From Convolutriloba macropyga (taxonomy: Eukaryota): 64,000 nucleotides of DNA. Where the stretch lies: positions 45,694,001 to 45,758,000 of the forward strand of contig NC_134471.1 of assembly GCF_964194025.1 (NCBI RefSeq). Direction: 5' to 3'. Under the pieces are notes generated by a model. It did not search any database. It had not been told where the DNA came from and saw nothing but the letters and a program-made list of their open reading frames with translations. Positions 28,038-42,100 of this stretch are shown piece after piece. Both the position numbers and the translations under genes were made by a program. Each line of letters opens with the position of its first letter. Position 1 is the first letter of the stretch.

Positions 28038-29958
28038 AATTACTTCCACGTAAAGGGCTTTGCGCTGATTATGAGCCACCTCCCATAGCCAAGGTTCTTA
28101 GCAGTTTCACGCAAAAATTTTTGATTTGTGATACTAAAAGTGCAACGACTTGAGTATGGAAGTAGAGTGCCACTAAGGAATTCGATTGTGCCAAATCAAT
28201 CTCCTGTTACGTGACATTTATGATAAATAAAAGAAAAGTAAATCAATCTTTTGTTGTGTTAGAGTAGTCTTTTGCATAGAATCCACTTTATATCCTGCCA
28301 GATAACAACCTTCGATGATAAACTGAGATCTTTTTTTGGATCTTGTTGGGGCGCAGTAATAACTAGTGTACTGTAGAAATGAAATGAAGTTTGACGGAAT
28401 GCATGATGAATTGCTAGAGTTAAGAATTGTCCCTAGTCGATGGTGGCAATTTCATATTCAATTTTGCCCTCACAAAATAACACGTTGTCGTTTGTTGGTA
28501 TTGTCAATGACAAAAGTTTTGTTGAAGGATTCTGGATATCATGAAATGAAACTAAGTCTGTCATTACTTATTCTCAGGGTACTAAAAATATGTGCAATCG
28601 TTTGTCTAACATGATTGGTATAGAGTTTAACAAGATTATACTGTTGGCACAAAAAACTGGGCGGAAACTCTTGACGTCAGCGTATAAATCTGATAACAAT
28701 AATGCTACTGTGTTGAAATTTAATTTTCATTGCTGATATGCAAAAAAGCATATCTGTACAATCTGGTAACATCCCAATGTTTTTTCGAAAGTATCGAATT
28801 GATCTTGGACTACCCCAGCATTTGTTTTCCCTCCTTTTCTTCACTTGTTCGCAGAGAGACATCGTTTGCATTCCATAATTTCTTTAAATTTGTAAGAAAT
28901 CAGTTTCTAAACTATTTAAATTCTTCTTCGTGAAGGGCTTTGGGCTCATTATGAGCCACATCTCATAGCCAAGGTTCTTAGCTGTTTCATGCAAAAATTT
29001 TTTTTGATTTGTGATACTAAGAGTGCAACGACTTGAGTATGGAAGTAGAGTGCCGCTAAGGGAGTCGATTGTGGCAAATCAGTCTCCTGTTTCGTGACCT
29101 ATGGGATAAATAAAAGAACACAGACAATTATAAAGCTTTTGTTGTGTTAGAGTAGTCTTTTGCATAGAATCCGGCTTATATCCTGCCAAATAAGGACCTT
29201 CGCTGATCAATTGAGGTCTTCTTTTGGATCTTGTTGGGGCGCTGTAATGACTAGTGTACTGCAGAAAAGAAAAAAAAATTGTCGGAAAGCAAGATGAATT
29301 GATAGAGTTAAGAATAATCCCTAATCAATGGTGGCATTTCATAATCAATTTTGCCGTCACAAAATGACATGTTGCCGTTGGTTGGTATTGCCAATGGCAA
29401 AAGGTTTATTGAGGGTTTCTGGATATCATGAACTGAAACTAAGTCTGCCATTAATTATTCTCAGGGTACTAAAAATATGGGCAATCGTTTTTCTAACATG
29501 ATTGGTATAGAGTTTAACAAGATTATACTGTTGGCACATAAAGCTGGGCGGCAATTCTTGACGTCAGCGTATAAATCTGATAACAATGATGCTACTGTGT
29601 TGGAATTTAGGTTTCCTTGTTGATTTGCAAAAAAGCATATTTGTACAATCTTGTAACATTCCAATATTTTTTCGAAACTATCGAATTGATCTGGAATTAC
29701 CCCAGCTTTTGTTTTCCCTCCATTTCTTCACTTGCTAGCAGAGAGATGTCGTTTACATTCCATCATTCCTTTAAATTTGTTGGAAATAGGTTTCTAAACT
29801 TTTTAAATTTTTTTCGTGAAGGGCTTTGCGCTCATTATGAGCCACATCCCATAGCCAAGATTCTTCGCGTTTCACGCAAAACCTTTTCTGGTTTGTGATA
29901 GTAAATGTGCAACGACTGGAGTATGGAAGTAGACTGCCGCTAAGGAAGTTGATTGAGC
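28038..29958 (-). repeat. Further ~890-bp F-like env repeat units
   Basis: Units start near 28038, 28922 and 29810. ORF 29461-29664 reads FANQQ..LLSDLYADVK..LLNSIPIMLEKRLPIFLVP. Confidence 0.8.
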
Positions 29959-29959
29959 T

Positions 29960-31216
29960 TCATAAGTCCAGTCAAGTATATCTACTCGATTTTGTTTTTA
30001 CGTTCTTTTAGACATTGTGATTGTGGATTGGTAGCTGCTGTAGGTATCCACGTGGGCTTAGTACAGTCATATACTATTCTCCCATATGCTGGTACCATAT
30101 GTGTATTAATGTTGAATTGAATTCTTCGTTGACCTTCTTCTAATCTTTTTGATAATTGAGGGTTATCTAAGTAATTAAATGAGATGTTATAGTTTGTTGG
30201 TTTGTATTTTGTATCTTGTATTAGGTTAATTATAGCAAGTTCGCTTCTTTGTTCATATGCGTCCAAGATTTTTATTCTTCGAGCGTCTCAAAGTAACTTG
30301 TTTTATAAGCTCTAACGTAGTCGGTGTGTTGTGAACACCATTCTACTCTTTCTTTTTTTGTTCATGTTACAGCAAAGGCTTTTATTTTAACTGCTCGTGC
30401 TTTAGATAATAATTGTACTTCAGTTTTTGTCATTTCTAGGTCTAATGGTTTAATTATACATGTACTGATTTTGTTTAGCTCGTAAAATTTGACGTTGCTG
30501 ATCTAATATGAATGTCTTGTGGTCCTGTTACAGAACCGTTTGCGTTTTGGCTTGTTAATTCTATTAAGTCTATAATTGTTTGTTGACGTTGTTATTTTCG
30601 GTTCAAGTAAAGTTTTGATAAAATACTATCGGTTAGTTTTTCTCGATAGACATTCCAATTATGTGTCCAATTGTCTATTGCTATATCCCACATTGCTTCA
30701 TAATCTGTATCATTTTTAATTACTTCAAGTTCTTTGACCTTGGTTTCGTGTTGAATTACTGGTTGTTTATAATTGGCTGTCATGTTTTTGCGCCGACTGT
30801 GGTCTTTTATGCGTTCTGTCATACAATAGTTTATACGGTCTTTTACACGTTCTTGAACATGTTTGTTTAATATGTTTTCTAATCTTACTTTTGTTTCTAC
30901 CTTGAAGTATATGTATAATATTGTTAGCGTTAAGATCAATATTATGGCTTTTAGTTGAAAAAACATTTGAACGATAATCCTGTGTGCGGAATAAAAAAGG
31001 ATGAAAATCCTAGTGCTTGCTTTGTGTATCTATCAAATTTATAGATGAATTTGGTACAAATAAATGGTGCTGGTGTGGTTGTTGTTATTACAGATGGTGT
31101 GGTGGCGTGGGATGGTGTCGCTAAAACGTTGAGTGCTGCGTTTCGCTGTCTTGTTGTCAGATTAAAAGTGTTAACTAATCTATTCCTTGACCAATTCGTT
31201 AATGTATCCCCTAAGT
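29960..31216 (-). pseudogene. env: Second, diverged copy of the accessory-ORF C-terminus plus class III-like env N-terminus
   Basis: MFFQLKAIILIL.., DYEAMWDIAI..W..NWN.YRE, TGPQD, NVKFYELNKISTC.IKPLDLEMTKTEVQLLSKA, ERVEWCSQHTDY all align with 12111-13200. Confidence 0.9.
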
Positions 31217-33103
31217 TTTTATTTTACTTTATTAAATTTTTTCAGCATACCTGCATTACGGCCTGATAGCGCAGCGGTGAGTGAATCAGGTTATGTTTCG
31301 GGAGTTCAATGGTTCGAATTCCACCGGGAGCACGTTTTTTCTTACCTAAAAATAACGATGAAAAACGACGATTTCATACAAGTGAAAAACAGAATTCCCC
31401 AACATGGGCCCGTGTTAAGGACAATGACGAAAAAAAACGACAATCTTTTTGTAAGAAATCGTCGTTTTCGTCGTTTTGTCGTCGTTTCCATCTTTTGCAT
31501 TTGTTTCCGTCGCTTAAGTTGTCTCTTAAAAAAAGAAAGGATCGCTTCTTCGTCTTTTTTATAGTTTCTTACGTCGTTTTTTTTTCAAATGAAATCCTCT
31601 ATTTTGTAGTTTTTTACGTCGTTTTTTTTTTCAAATGAAATCGTCGTTTTTGATCGTTTTTACGTTGTTTGTTTTGTCGTTTCTTACGTCGTTTTTTTTT
31701 TCAAAAGAAATTGTCGTTTTTTGATCGTATTCCCGTATAGTTTCATTGCTCTTGAACTAGTTTTCCTCTATTAAATTTCAAATGAAATCATCGTCTTCTG
31801 ATCGTTTTTACGTCGTTTTTTTTGGAAGTTTCTTACGTCGTTTTTTTTTCAAATGAGATCGTCGTTTTTTATTGTCTACGAAAAACGATTAAAAAACGAC
31901 GATTTCTTAGAAGTGAAAAACGAATTTCCTCAATATGGAACCGTGCTGAGGACAACGACGAAGAAACGACAATCATTTTGAAAGAACTCGTCGTTTTTGT
32001 CGTTTTGTTGTCGGTTTCGTCGTTTTGTCGTCGTTTTCTTCTTTTTCATTAGTTTCCGTCGTTCAAGTTGTCTCTTAGGTGTAAGAAGTGATCGTTTTTT
32101 GTCGTTTCTTATGTTGTTTTTTCTCAAAAGAAATCGTCGTTTTTTGATCGTTTCTCCGTAGTTTCATTACTCTTGAACTAGTTTTCCTCTATTAAATCGT
32201 TTTAGCACATCTGTATTTGGGCCTGATAGCGCAGTGGTCAGGAAATCAGTAAGTTATGGGGAGTTCAATGGTTGGAATTCCAGCTGGCTCACATTTTCGT
32301 AGTTTTTTTTTACCAAGCAAACGAAGAAAAAACGATCATTTCCTACATAAAAATAACGACGAATTAACGAACAAAACGACATCTACCATGTAAAGTCTTT
32401 GATCGTTTTTGTCTATTCCTACGTTGTTTTCTCTCAAATAAAAAAGTGGTTTTGATCGTGTTTCCGTAGTTTCATTGCTTTTGAACTAGTTTTGCTCTAT
32501 TAAATAGTTTCAGCATCGCTGCCTTACGGCCTGATAGCGCAGTGGTGAGTGCATCAGGTAACGTATCGGATGTGCATTGGTTCGAATTCCACCGGGGAAC
32601 ACGTTTTTTTCTTACATAAAAATAACGATGAAAAACGATCATGTCCTACATTAAAATAACGACGAAATAACAAAGAAAACGACAACAACCAGTTAAGGGC
32701 TTTGGTAGTTTATTTCTAAGGAAAACGATTAAAAAACGACGATTTCATACAAGTGAAAAACAGAATTCCTCAACATGGGCCCGTGTTGAGGACAACGACG
32801 AAAAATGACAATCTTTTTGTAAGAATTCGTCGTTTTCGTCGTTTTGTTGTCGTTTTCTTCGTTTTGTTGTCGTTTTCTTCGTTTTCATTAGTTTCCGTCG
32901 TTTAAGTCGTTTTTTAGGTTAATAAATGATTGTTTCTTCGTCGTTTTTATTTCAAATGAAATCGTCGTTTTTTCATCGTTTTTTTTCGTCGTTTTTTGTC
33001 GTTTCTTACGTCAATTTTTTGTAAAAGAAATTGTCGTTTTTTGATCGTTTTTTCGTAGTTTCATTGCTCGTGAACTAGTTTTTCCCTATTAAATCGTTTT
33101 AGC

Positions 33104-33108
33104 ATATA

Positions 33109-33152
<44 letters not shown>

Positions 33153-33158
33153 TATATA
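33104..33158. repeat. (TA)n microsatellite
   Basis: Visible dinucleotide run immediately upstream of a satellite head. Confidence 0.97.
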
Positions 33159-36100
33159 TTATGGCCTGATAAAGCAGTGGTGAGTGCATCAGGTAATGTA
33201 TCGGGAGTTCAATGGTTCGAACCCCCGCGGGGATCACGTTTTTTCGTACCTAAAGATAACGATGAAAAAACGATCACTTCCTACAGAAAAATGTAAGGTC
33301 TTTGATCGTTTCTGTCTAAGGAAAGCGAATAAAAACGACGATTTCATACAAGTGAAAAACAGAATTCCTCAACATGGGCCCGTGTTGAGGACAATGACGA
33401 AAAAACGACAATCATTTTGAAAGAACTCGTCGTTTTCGTCGTTTTGTTGTCGGTTTCGTAGTTTTGTCGTCGTTTTCTTCGTTTTGATCACTTTCCGTCC
33501 ATTAAGTCATCTTTTATGTGTAAGAATTGATCGTTTTTTTGTCGTTTCTTATGTTGTTTTTTCTCAAAAGAAATCGTTGTTTTTTGATCGTTTCTCCGTA
33601 GTTTCATTACTCTTGAACTAATTTTCCTCTATTAAATCGTTTTAGCACATCTGTATTTGGGCCTGATAGCGCAGTGGTCAGGAAATCAGTAATTTATGGG
33701 GAGTTCAATGGTTGGAATTCCAGCTGGCTCACATTTTCGTAGTTTTTTTTACCAAGCAAACGAAGAAAAAACGATCATTTCCTACATAAAAATAACGAAG
33801 AATTAACGAACAAAACGACATCTACCATGTAAAGTCTTTGATCGTTTTTGTCTAAGGAAAACAAATAAAACACAACCATTTCATACAAGTGAAAAACAGA
33901 ATTCATCAAGATGGGCCCGTTTTGAGGACAATGACGTAAAAACGACAATAATTTTGAAAGAACTCGTCGTTTTGTTGTCGGTTTCGTCGTTTTGCCGTCG
34001 TTTTCTTCGTTTTCATTAGTTTCCGTCGTTCAATTTGTCTCTTAGGTGTAAGAAATGATTGTTTTTTCGTCGTTTTTTTTGTATTTTCCTACGTTGTTTT
34101 TTCTCAAATAAAAAAGTGGTCTTTGATCGTGTTTCCGTAGTTTCATTGCTCTTGAGCTAATTTTACTCTATCAATTCCTTTCAGCATAGCTGCATTACGG
34201 CCTGATAGCGCAGTGGTGAGTGCATCAGGTAACGTTTCGGGAGTTAAATGGTTTTAACCCCCGCGGGGTTCTCGTTTTTTCGTACTTAAAAAAACGATGA
34301 AAAAACGATCACTTCCTACAGAAAAATGTAAGGTCTTTGATTGTTTTTGTCTAAGGAAAACAAATAAAAAACGACGATTTCATAAAAGTGAAAAACAGAA
34401 CTCCTCATCATTGGCCCGTGTTGAGGACAATGACGTAAAAACGACAATAATTTTGAAAGAACTTGTCGTTTTGTAGTCGGTTTCGTCGTTTTGCCGCCGT
34501 TTTCTTCGTTTTCATTAGTTTCCGTCGTTTAACTCGTTTTTTAAGTTAATAAATGATTGTTTCTTCGTCGATTTTATTTCAAATGAAAACGTCGTTTTTT
34601 CATCGTTTTTTTTCGTCGTTTTTTGTCGTTTCCTACGTCAATTTTTTTAAAAAGAAACCGTCGTTTTGTTGATCGTTTTTTCGTAGTTTCATTGCTCTTG
34701 AACTATTTTTTTCCCTATTAAATCGTTTTAGCATATATGTATTATGGCCTGATAGCGCAGTGGTGAGTGCATCAGGTAAGGTATCGAGAGTTCAATGGTT
34801 CGAATTCCAACCGGGAGCACGTTTTTTTCATACATAAAAATAACGTCGAAATAACAAAGAAAACGACAACAACCACTTAAGGGCTTTGGTAGTTTTTGCC
34901 TAAGGAAAACGATTAAAAAACGACGATTTCTTAAAAGTGAAAAACGAAATTCTTCAATAAGGACCCGTGTTGAGGACAACGACGAAAAATGACAATCTTT
35001 TTGTGAGCATTCGTCCTTTTCGTCGTTTTGTTGTCCTTTTCTTCGTTTTCATTGGTTTCCGTCGTTTAAGTCGTTTTCTAAGTAAATGAATGATCGTTTC
35101 TTCGTCGTTTTTTTTTCAAAAGAAATCGTTGTTTTTTGTTCGTATTTCCGTTGTTTCATTGCTCTGAACTAGTTTTTCTCTATTAAATCGTTTTAGCATA
35201 TCTGTAATTTGGCCTGATAGCGCAGTGGTGAGTGCATCAGGTAACGTATCGGAAATTCAATGGTTCGAATTCCAACGTGGAACACGTTTCTTTCTTACAT
35301 AAAATTAACGATGAAAAACGATCATTTACTACATAAAAATAACGACGAAATAACAAAGAAAATGACAATAACCAGTTAAGGGCTTTGGTAGTTTTTGCCT
35401 AAGAAAAACGATTAAAAAACGACGATTTCCTAAAATTGAAAAACGAATTTCCTCAATACGGACCCGTGCTGAGGACAATGACAAACATTGACAATCTTTT
35501 TGTAAGAATTCGTCGTTTTTTTGTCGTTTTCGTCGTTTTGTTGTCGTTTTCTTCGTTTTCATTAGTTTCCGTCGTTTAAGTCGTTTTTTAAGTTAATAAA
35601 TGATTGTTTCTTCGTCGATTTCATTTCAAATGAAAGCGTCGTTTTTTCATCGTTTTTTTCGTCGTTTTTTGTCGTTTCTTACGCCAATTTTTTTAAAAAG
35701 AAATTGTAGTTTTTTTATTGTTTTTTCGTAGTTTCATTGCTCTTGAACTAGTTTTTTCCCTATTAAATCGTTTTAGCATATTTGTATTATGGCCTGATAG
35801 CGCAGCGGTGAGTGCATCAGGTAAGGTATCGAGAGTTCAATGGTTCGAATTCCAACGGGGAGCACGTTTTTTTTCTTACATAAAAATAACGACGAAATAA
35901 CAAAGAAAACGACAACAACCACTTAAGGGCTTTGGTAGTTTTTGCCTAAGGAAAACGATTAAAAAACGACGATTTCTTAAAAGTGAAAAACGAAATTCTT
36001 CAATACGGACCCGTGTTGAGGACAACGACGAAAAATGACAACCTTATTGTGAGCATTCGTCGTTTTCGTCGTTTTGTTGTCGTTTTCTTCGTTTTCATTG

Positions 36101-39100
36101 GTTTCCGTCATTTAAGTCGTTTTTTTAAGTAAATAAATGATCGTTTCTTCGTTGTTTTTTTTTCAAATGGAATCGTCGTTTTTTGATCCTTTTTTTCGTT
36201 TTTTGTTGTTTCCTACGTCTTACTTTTTCAAAATAAATCGTCGTTTTTTGTTCGTTTTTCCGTTGTTTCATTGCTCTGAACTAGTTTTTCTCTATTAAAT
36301 CGTTTTAGCATATCTGTAATTAAATCGTTTTAGCATATCGTTTTAGCAAGATAGCGTAGTGGTGAGTGCATCAGGTAACGTATCGGGAGTTCAATAGTTC
36401 GAATCCCTGCGCGAATCCCGTTTTTTTGTCGTTTTTTTCTTACATAAAAAAAGCGTTGAAAAAACAATCAATTCCTACATAAAAACCACGACGAAATAAC
36501 GAACAAAACAACAGCTACCACGTGAAGTCTTTGGTTGTTTTTGTCTCAAGAAAACGATCAAAAAACGAAGATTTCTTACAAGTGAAAAACAAAATTCCTC
36601 AACATGAGCCCATGTTGAGTACAACGACGAAAAGAAACGACAGTCTATTTGTAAGAAATTGTCGTTTTCGTCGTTTTGTCGTCGTTTTCGTCGTTTTGTC
36701 GTCGTTTTCTTCGTTTTCATTAGTTTCTATCGTTTAAGTCGTTTGTTAAGTTAATGAATGATTGTTCCTTCGTCTTTGTTTTTCAAATGAAATCATCGTT
36801 TTTGATCGTTTTTTTCGTCGTTTTTTGTCATTTCCTACGTCGTTTTCTTATCAAAAGTTCGAATTCCTGCGCGAATCCCGTTTTTTTGTCGTTTTTTCTT
36901 ACATAAAAATAGCGATGAAAAAACGATCATTTCCTACATAAAAAGAACGACGAAATAACGAACAAAACAACAACTACCACGTGAGGTCTTTGATGGTTTT
37001 TGTCTCAGGCAAACGATCAAAAAACGACGATTTCTTACAAGTAAAGAACAAAATTCCTCAACAAATCGTCGTTTTTTGGTCGCTTTTCCGTAGTTTCATT
37101 GCTCTTGAATTAGTTTATCTTTATTGAATCGCTTTAGCTTATCTATATTATGGCCTGATAGCGCAGTGGTGAGTAAATCGGGTAATGTATCGGGAGTTCA
37201 ATGGTTGGCATCCCAGCGGGGATCTCAATTTTTCGTCGTTTTTTTCTTACATAAAAATAACGATGAAGAAAAATAACGATCTTTTGCTACATAAAAATAA
37301 CGAAGAAATAAAGAACAACATGAAAACTTCCACGTAAGGTGTTTGATCGTTTTTGTCTAAAAAACAGGATAAAAAAACGACGATTTCTTACAAGTGAGCA
37401 ACAAGATTCCTCAACATGGGCCCATGTTGAGGACAACGACAAAAAAAAGAAAGGATCGCTTCTTCGTCTTTTTTATAGTTTCTTACGTCGTTTTTTTTTT
37501 CATATGAAATCCTCTATTTTGTAGTTTTTACGTCGTTTTTTTTTCAAATGAAATCGTCGTTTTTTGATCGTTTTTACGTTGTTTGTTTTGTCGTTTCTTA
37601 CGTCATTTTTTTCAAAAAAATTGTCGTTTTTTGATCGTATTCCCGTATAGTTTCATTGCTCTTGAACTAGTTTTCCTCTATTAAATTTCAAATGAAATCA
37701 TCGTCTTCTGATCGTTTTTACGTCGTTTGGTAGTTTCCTACGTCGTTTTTTTTTCAAATGAGATCGTCGTTTTTTATTGTTTTTTTGTCTTTTTTTTTCA
37801 TTCTTACGCCGTTTTTTTTTTCAAAACAAATCGTCGTTTATTGATCGTATTCCCGTAGCTTCATTGCTCTTGAACTCGTTTTCCTCTATTAAATTTCAAA
37901 TGAAAACGTCGTTTTTTATTCTTTTTGTGTCGTTTTGTCTTTCTTACACCGTTTTTTTTTTTCAAAACAAATCGTCGTTTTTTGATCGTTTTTCCGTAGT
38001 TTCATTGCTCTTGAACTAGTTTTTCTTTATTGAATCGTTTGAGCTTATCTGTATTATGGCCTGATAGCGCAGTGGTGAGTGAATCAGGTAATGTATCGGG
38101 AGTTCAATGGTTGGCATCCCAGCGGGGATCCCCGTTTTTTGTCGTTTTTTTCTTACATAAAAATAACGATGAAAAAACGATCTTTTCCTACATAAAAATA
38201 ACGACGAAATAAAGAACAACATGAAAACTTCCACGTAAGGTGTTTGATCGTTTTGTCTAAAAAACACGATTAAAAAACGACGATTTCTTACAAGTGAACA
38301 ACAAAATTCCTCATCATGGACCCGTGTTGAGGACAACGTCGAAAAAAACGACAATTTTTTTGTAACAAATCGTCGTTTTCGTCGTTTTGCCGTCGTTTTC
38401 TTCATTTGCATTAGTTTCCGTCGCTTAAGTCGTCTCTTAAAAAAAGAAAGGATCGCTTCTTCTTTTTTTTATAGTTTCTTACGTCGTTTTTTTTTTCAAA
38501 TGAAATCCTCTTTTTTGTAGTTTCTTTCGTCGTTTTTTTTTCAAATGAAATCGTCGTTTTTTGATCGTATTCCCGTAGTTTCATTGCTCTTGAATGGTAG
38601 CGCAGTGCTGAGTGCATCACGTAATGTATCGGGAGTTCAATGGCTCGAATCCCAGCGTGGATACCGCTTTTTGTCGTTTTATGCTTACACGAAAATAACT
38701 ATGAAAATCTATCATTGCCTACATAGAAATAACGGGGAAATAGCGAACAAAACCTTAACTACCACGTAAGGGCTCTGATCGTTATTTTCCAAGGAAAACG
38801 AACAAAAAAAGACAATGTCCTACAACTGAAAAACAAAATTCCTCAACACCACCCCAGTTTGAGTACAACGACGAAAAAACGACAATCTTTTTGTAAGAAC
38901 TCGTCGTTTTCGTCATTTTGTCGCCAGTTTCGTCGTTTTCATCGTTTTCATTAGTTTCCGTCGTTTAAGTCGTCTTTTAAGTGAAAGCAATGATCATATC
39001 TTTGTGGTTTTTCTGTAGTTTTTCAAGTCGTTTTTTTTTCAGATGAAATCGCTGTTTTTTCATCGTTTTTCTGTAGTTTCATCGGTCTTGAACTAGTTTT

Positions 39101-42100
39101 TCTCTAATAAAACGTTCTATCAAATCTGTATTAGGGACTGGTAGCGCAGTGTTGAGTGCATCAGGTAATGTATCGGGAGTTCAATGGCTCGATTACCAGC
39201 GGGGATACAGCTTTTTGTCGTTATATACTTACACGAAAATAACGATGAAAAACGATCATTGCCTCTATAGAAATAACGACGAAATATCGAACGGAACCAC
39301 AACTACCACATAAAGGCTCTGATAGTTTTTCTCTATGGAAAACGAACAAAAAACGACAATTTCTAACAACAACTGAAAAACAAAATTCCTCAACACCACC
39401 CCATGTTGAGTAAAACGACAAAAAAAAGACATTTTTTTTTTAAAAACTCGTCGTTTTCTTCATTTTGTCGTCGGTTGCGTCATTTTGTCGTCGTTTTCTT
39501 CGTTTTCATTAGTCTCCGTGGTTTAAGTCGTCTTTAAATGAAAGAAAAGATCAAAACTTAGTCGTTTTTCTGTAGTTTCTCACGTCGTTTTTTTTTCAAA
39601 TGAAATCGCTCTTTTTCCATCGTTTGTCCGTAGTTTCATTGGTCTTGAACTAGTTTTTCTCTATTAAATCGTTCTACCAAATCTGTATTAAGGACTGGTA
39701 GCGCAGCGGTCAGTGCATCAGGTAATATATCGGGAGTTCAATGGCTCGAATCCCAGAGGGGATACCGCTTTTTTGTCGTTTCATATTTACACGAAAAAAC
39801 CGATGAAAAACGATCATTGCCTACCTAGAAATAACGACGAAAAAGCAAACAAATCCACAACTACCACGTAAGGGCTCTGATTGTTTTTGTCTAAGGAAAA
39901 CGAACAAAAAATGACAATTTGTTACAAGTGAAAAACAAAATTTCTCAACACCCCCCCCCCCATGTTGAGTACAACGACCGAAAACAACAATCTTTTTGTA
40001 AGAACTCGTCGTTTTCTTCATTTTGTCGTCGGTTTTGTCGTTTTGTCGTCGTATTCTTCGCTTTCATTAGTTTCCGTCGTTTAAGTCGTCTTTTAAGTGA
40101 AAGCAATGATCATATCTTTGTGGTTTTTCTGTAGTTTTTCAAGTCGTTTTTTTTTCAGATGAAATCGCTGTTTTTTCATCGTTTTTCCGTAGTTTCATTG
40201 GTCTTGAACTAATTTTTCGCTATTAAATTTTTCTACCAAATCTGTATTAAGGACTGGTAGCGCAGTGTTGAGTGCATCAGGTAATGTATCGGGAGTTCAA
40301 TGGCTCGATTACCAGCGGGGATACAGCTTTTTGTCGTTATATACTTACACGAAAATAACGATGAAAAACGATCATTGCCTCTATAGAAATAACGACGAAA
40401 TATCGAACGGAACCACAACTACCACATAAAGGCTCTGATAGTTTTTCTCTATGGAAAACGAACAAAAAACGACAATTTCTAACAACAACTGAAAAACAAA
40501 ATTCCTCAACACCACCCCATGTTGAGTAAAACGACAAAAAAAAGACATTTTTTTTTTTAAAACTCGTCGTTTTCTTCATTTTGTCGTCGGTTGCGTCATT
40601 TTGTCGTCGTTTTCTTCGTTTTCATTAGTCTCCGTGGTTTAAGTCGTCTTTAAATGAAAGAAAAGATCAAAACTTAGTCGTTTTTCTGTAGTTTCTCACG
40701 TCGTTTTTTTTTCAAATGAAATCGCTCTTTTTCCATCGTTTGTCCGTAGTTTCATTGGTCTTGAACTAGTTTTTCTCTATTAAATCGTTCTACCAAATCT
40801 GTATTAAGGACTGGTAGCGCAGCGGTCAGTTTATCAGGTAATATATCGGGAGTTCAATGGCTCGAATCCCAGAGGGGATACCGCTTTTTTGTCGTTTTAT
40901 ATTTACACGAAAAAACCGATGAAAAACGATCATTGCCTACCTAGAAATAACGACGAAAAAGCAAACAAATCCACAACTACCACGTAAGGGCTCTGATTGT
41001 TTTTGTCTAAGGAAAACGAACAAAAAATGACAATTTGTTACAAGTGAAAAACAAAATTTCTCAACACCCCCCCCCCATGTTGAGTACAACGACCGAAAAC
41101 GACAATCTTTTTGTAAGAACTCGTCGTTTTCTTCATTTTGTCGTCGGTTTTGTCGTTTTGTCGTCGTATTCTTCGCTTTCATTAGTTTCCGTGGTTTAAG
41201 TCGTCTTTTAAGTGAAAGAGATGATCAAATCTTTGTCGTTTTTCTGTAGTTTCTCACGTCGTATTTTTTTTTCAAATGAAGTCGCTGCTTTTCCATCGTT
41301 TTTTGCGTAGTTTCATTGGTCATGAACTAGTTTTTCTCTATTAAATCGTTCTACCAAATCTGTATTGAGGACTGGTAACGCAGTGGTGAGTGTACCAAGT
41401 AATGTATTGGGAATTCAATGGCTCGAATCCCAGCGGAGATACGGCTTTTTTGTCGTTTTATACTTACACGAAAATAACAATGAAAACCTATCATTGCCTC
41501 TATAGAAATAACGACGAAATATCGAACGGAACCACAACTACCACATAAAGGCTCTGATAGTTTTTCTCTATGGAAAACGAACAAAAAACGACAATTTCTA
41601 ACAACAACTGAAAAACAAAATTCCTCAACACCACCCCATGTTGAGTAAAACGACAAAAAAAAGACAATTTTTTTTAAAACTCGTCGTTTTCTTCATTTTG
41701 TCGTCGGTTGCGTCGTTTTGTCGTCGTTTTCTTCGTTTTCATTAGTCTCCGTGGTTTAAGTCGTCTTTAAATGAAAGAAAAGATCAAAGCTTAGTCGTTT
41801 TTCTGTAGTTTCTCACGTCGTTTTTTTTTTCAAATGAAATCGCTCTTTTTCCATCGTTTGTCCGTAGTTTCATTGGTCTTGAACTAGTTTTTCTCTATTA
41901 AATCGTTCTACCAAATCTGTATTAAGGACTGGTAGCGCAGCGGTCAGTGCATCAGGTAATGTATCGGGAGTTCAATGGCTCGAATCCCAGAGGGGATACC
42001 GCTTTTTTGTCGTTTTATATTTACACGAAAAAACCGATGAAAAACGATCATTGCCTACCTAGAAATAACGACGAAAAAGCAAACAAATCCACAACTACCA

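Noticed and set aside
24749-29898. Recurrent plus-strand ORFs (MYCRNEMKFDG.., MLICKKAY..)
   Set aside because: Antisense shadows of the minus-strand env-derived repeat.
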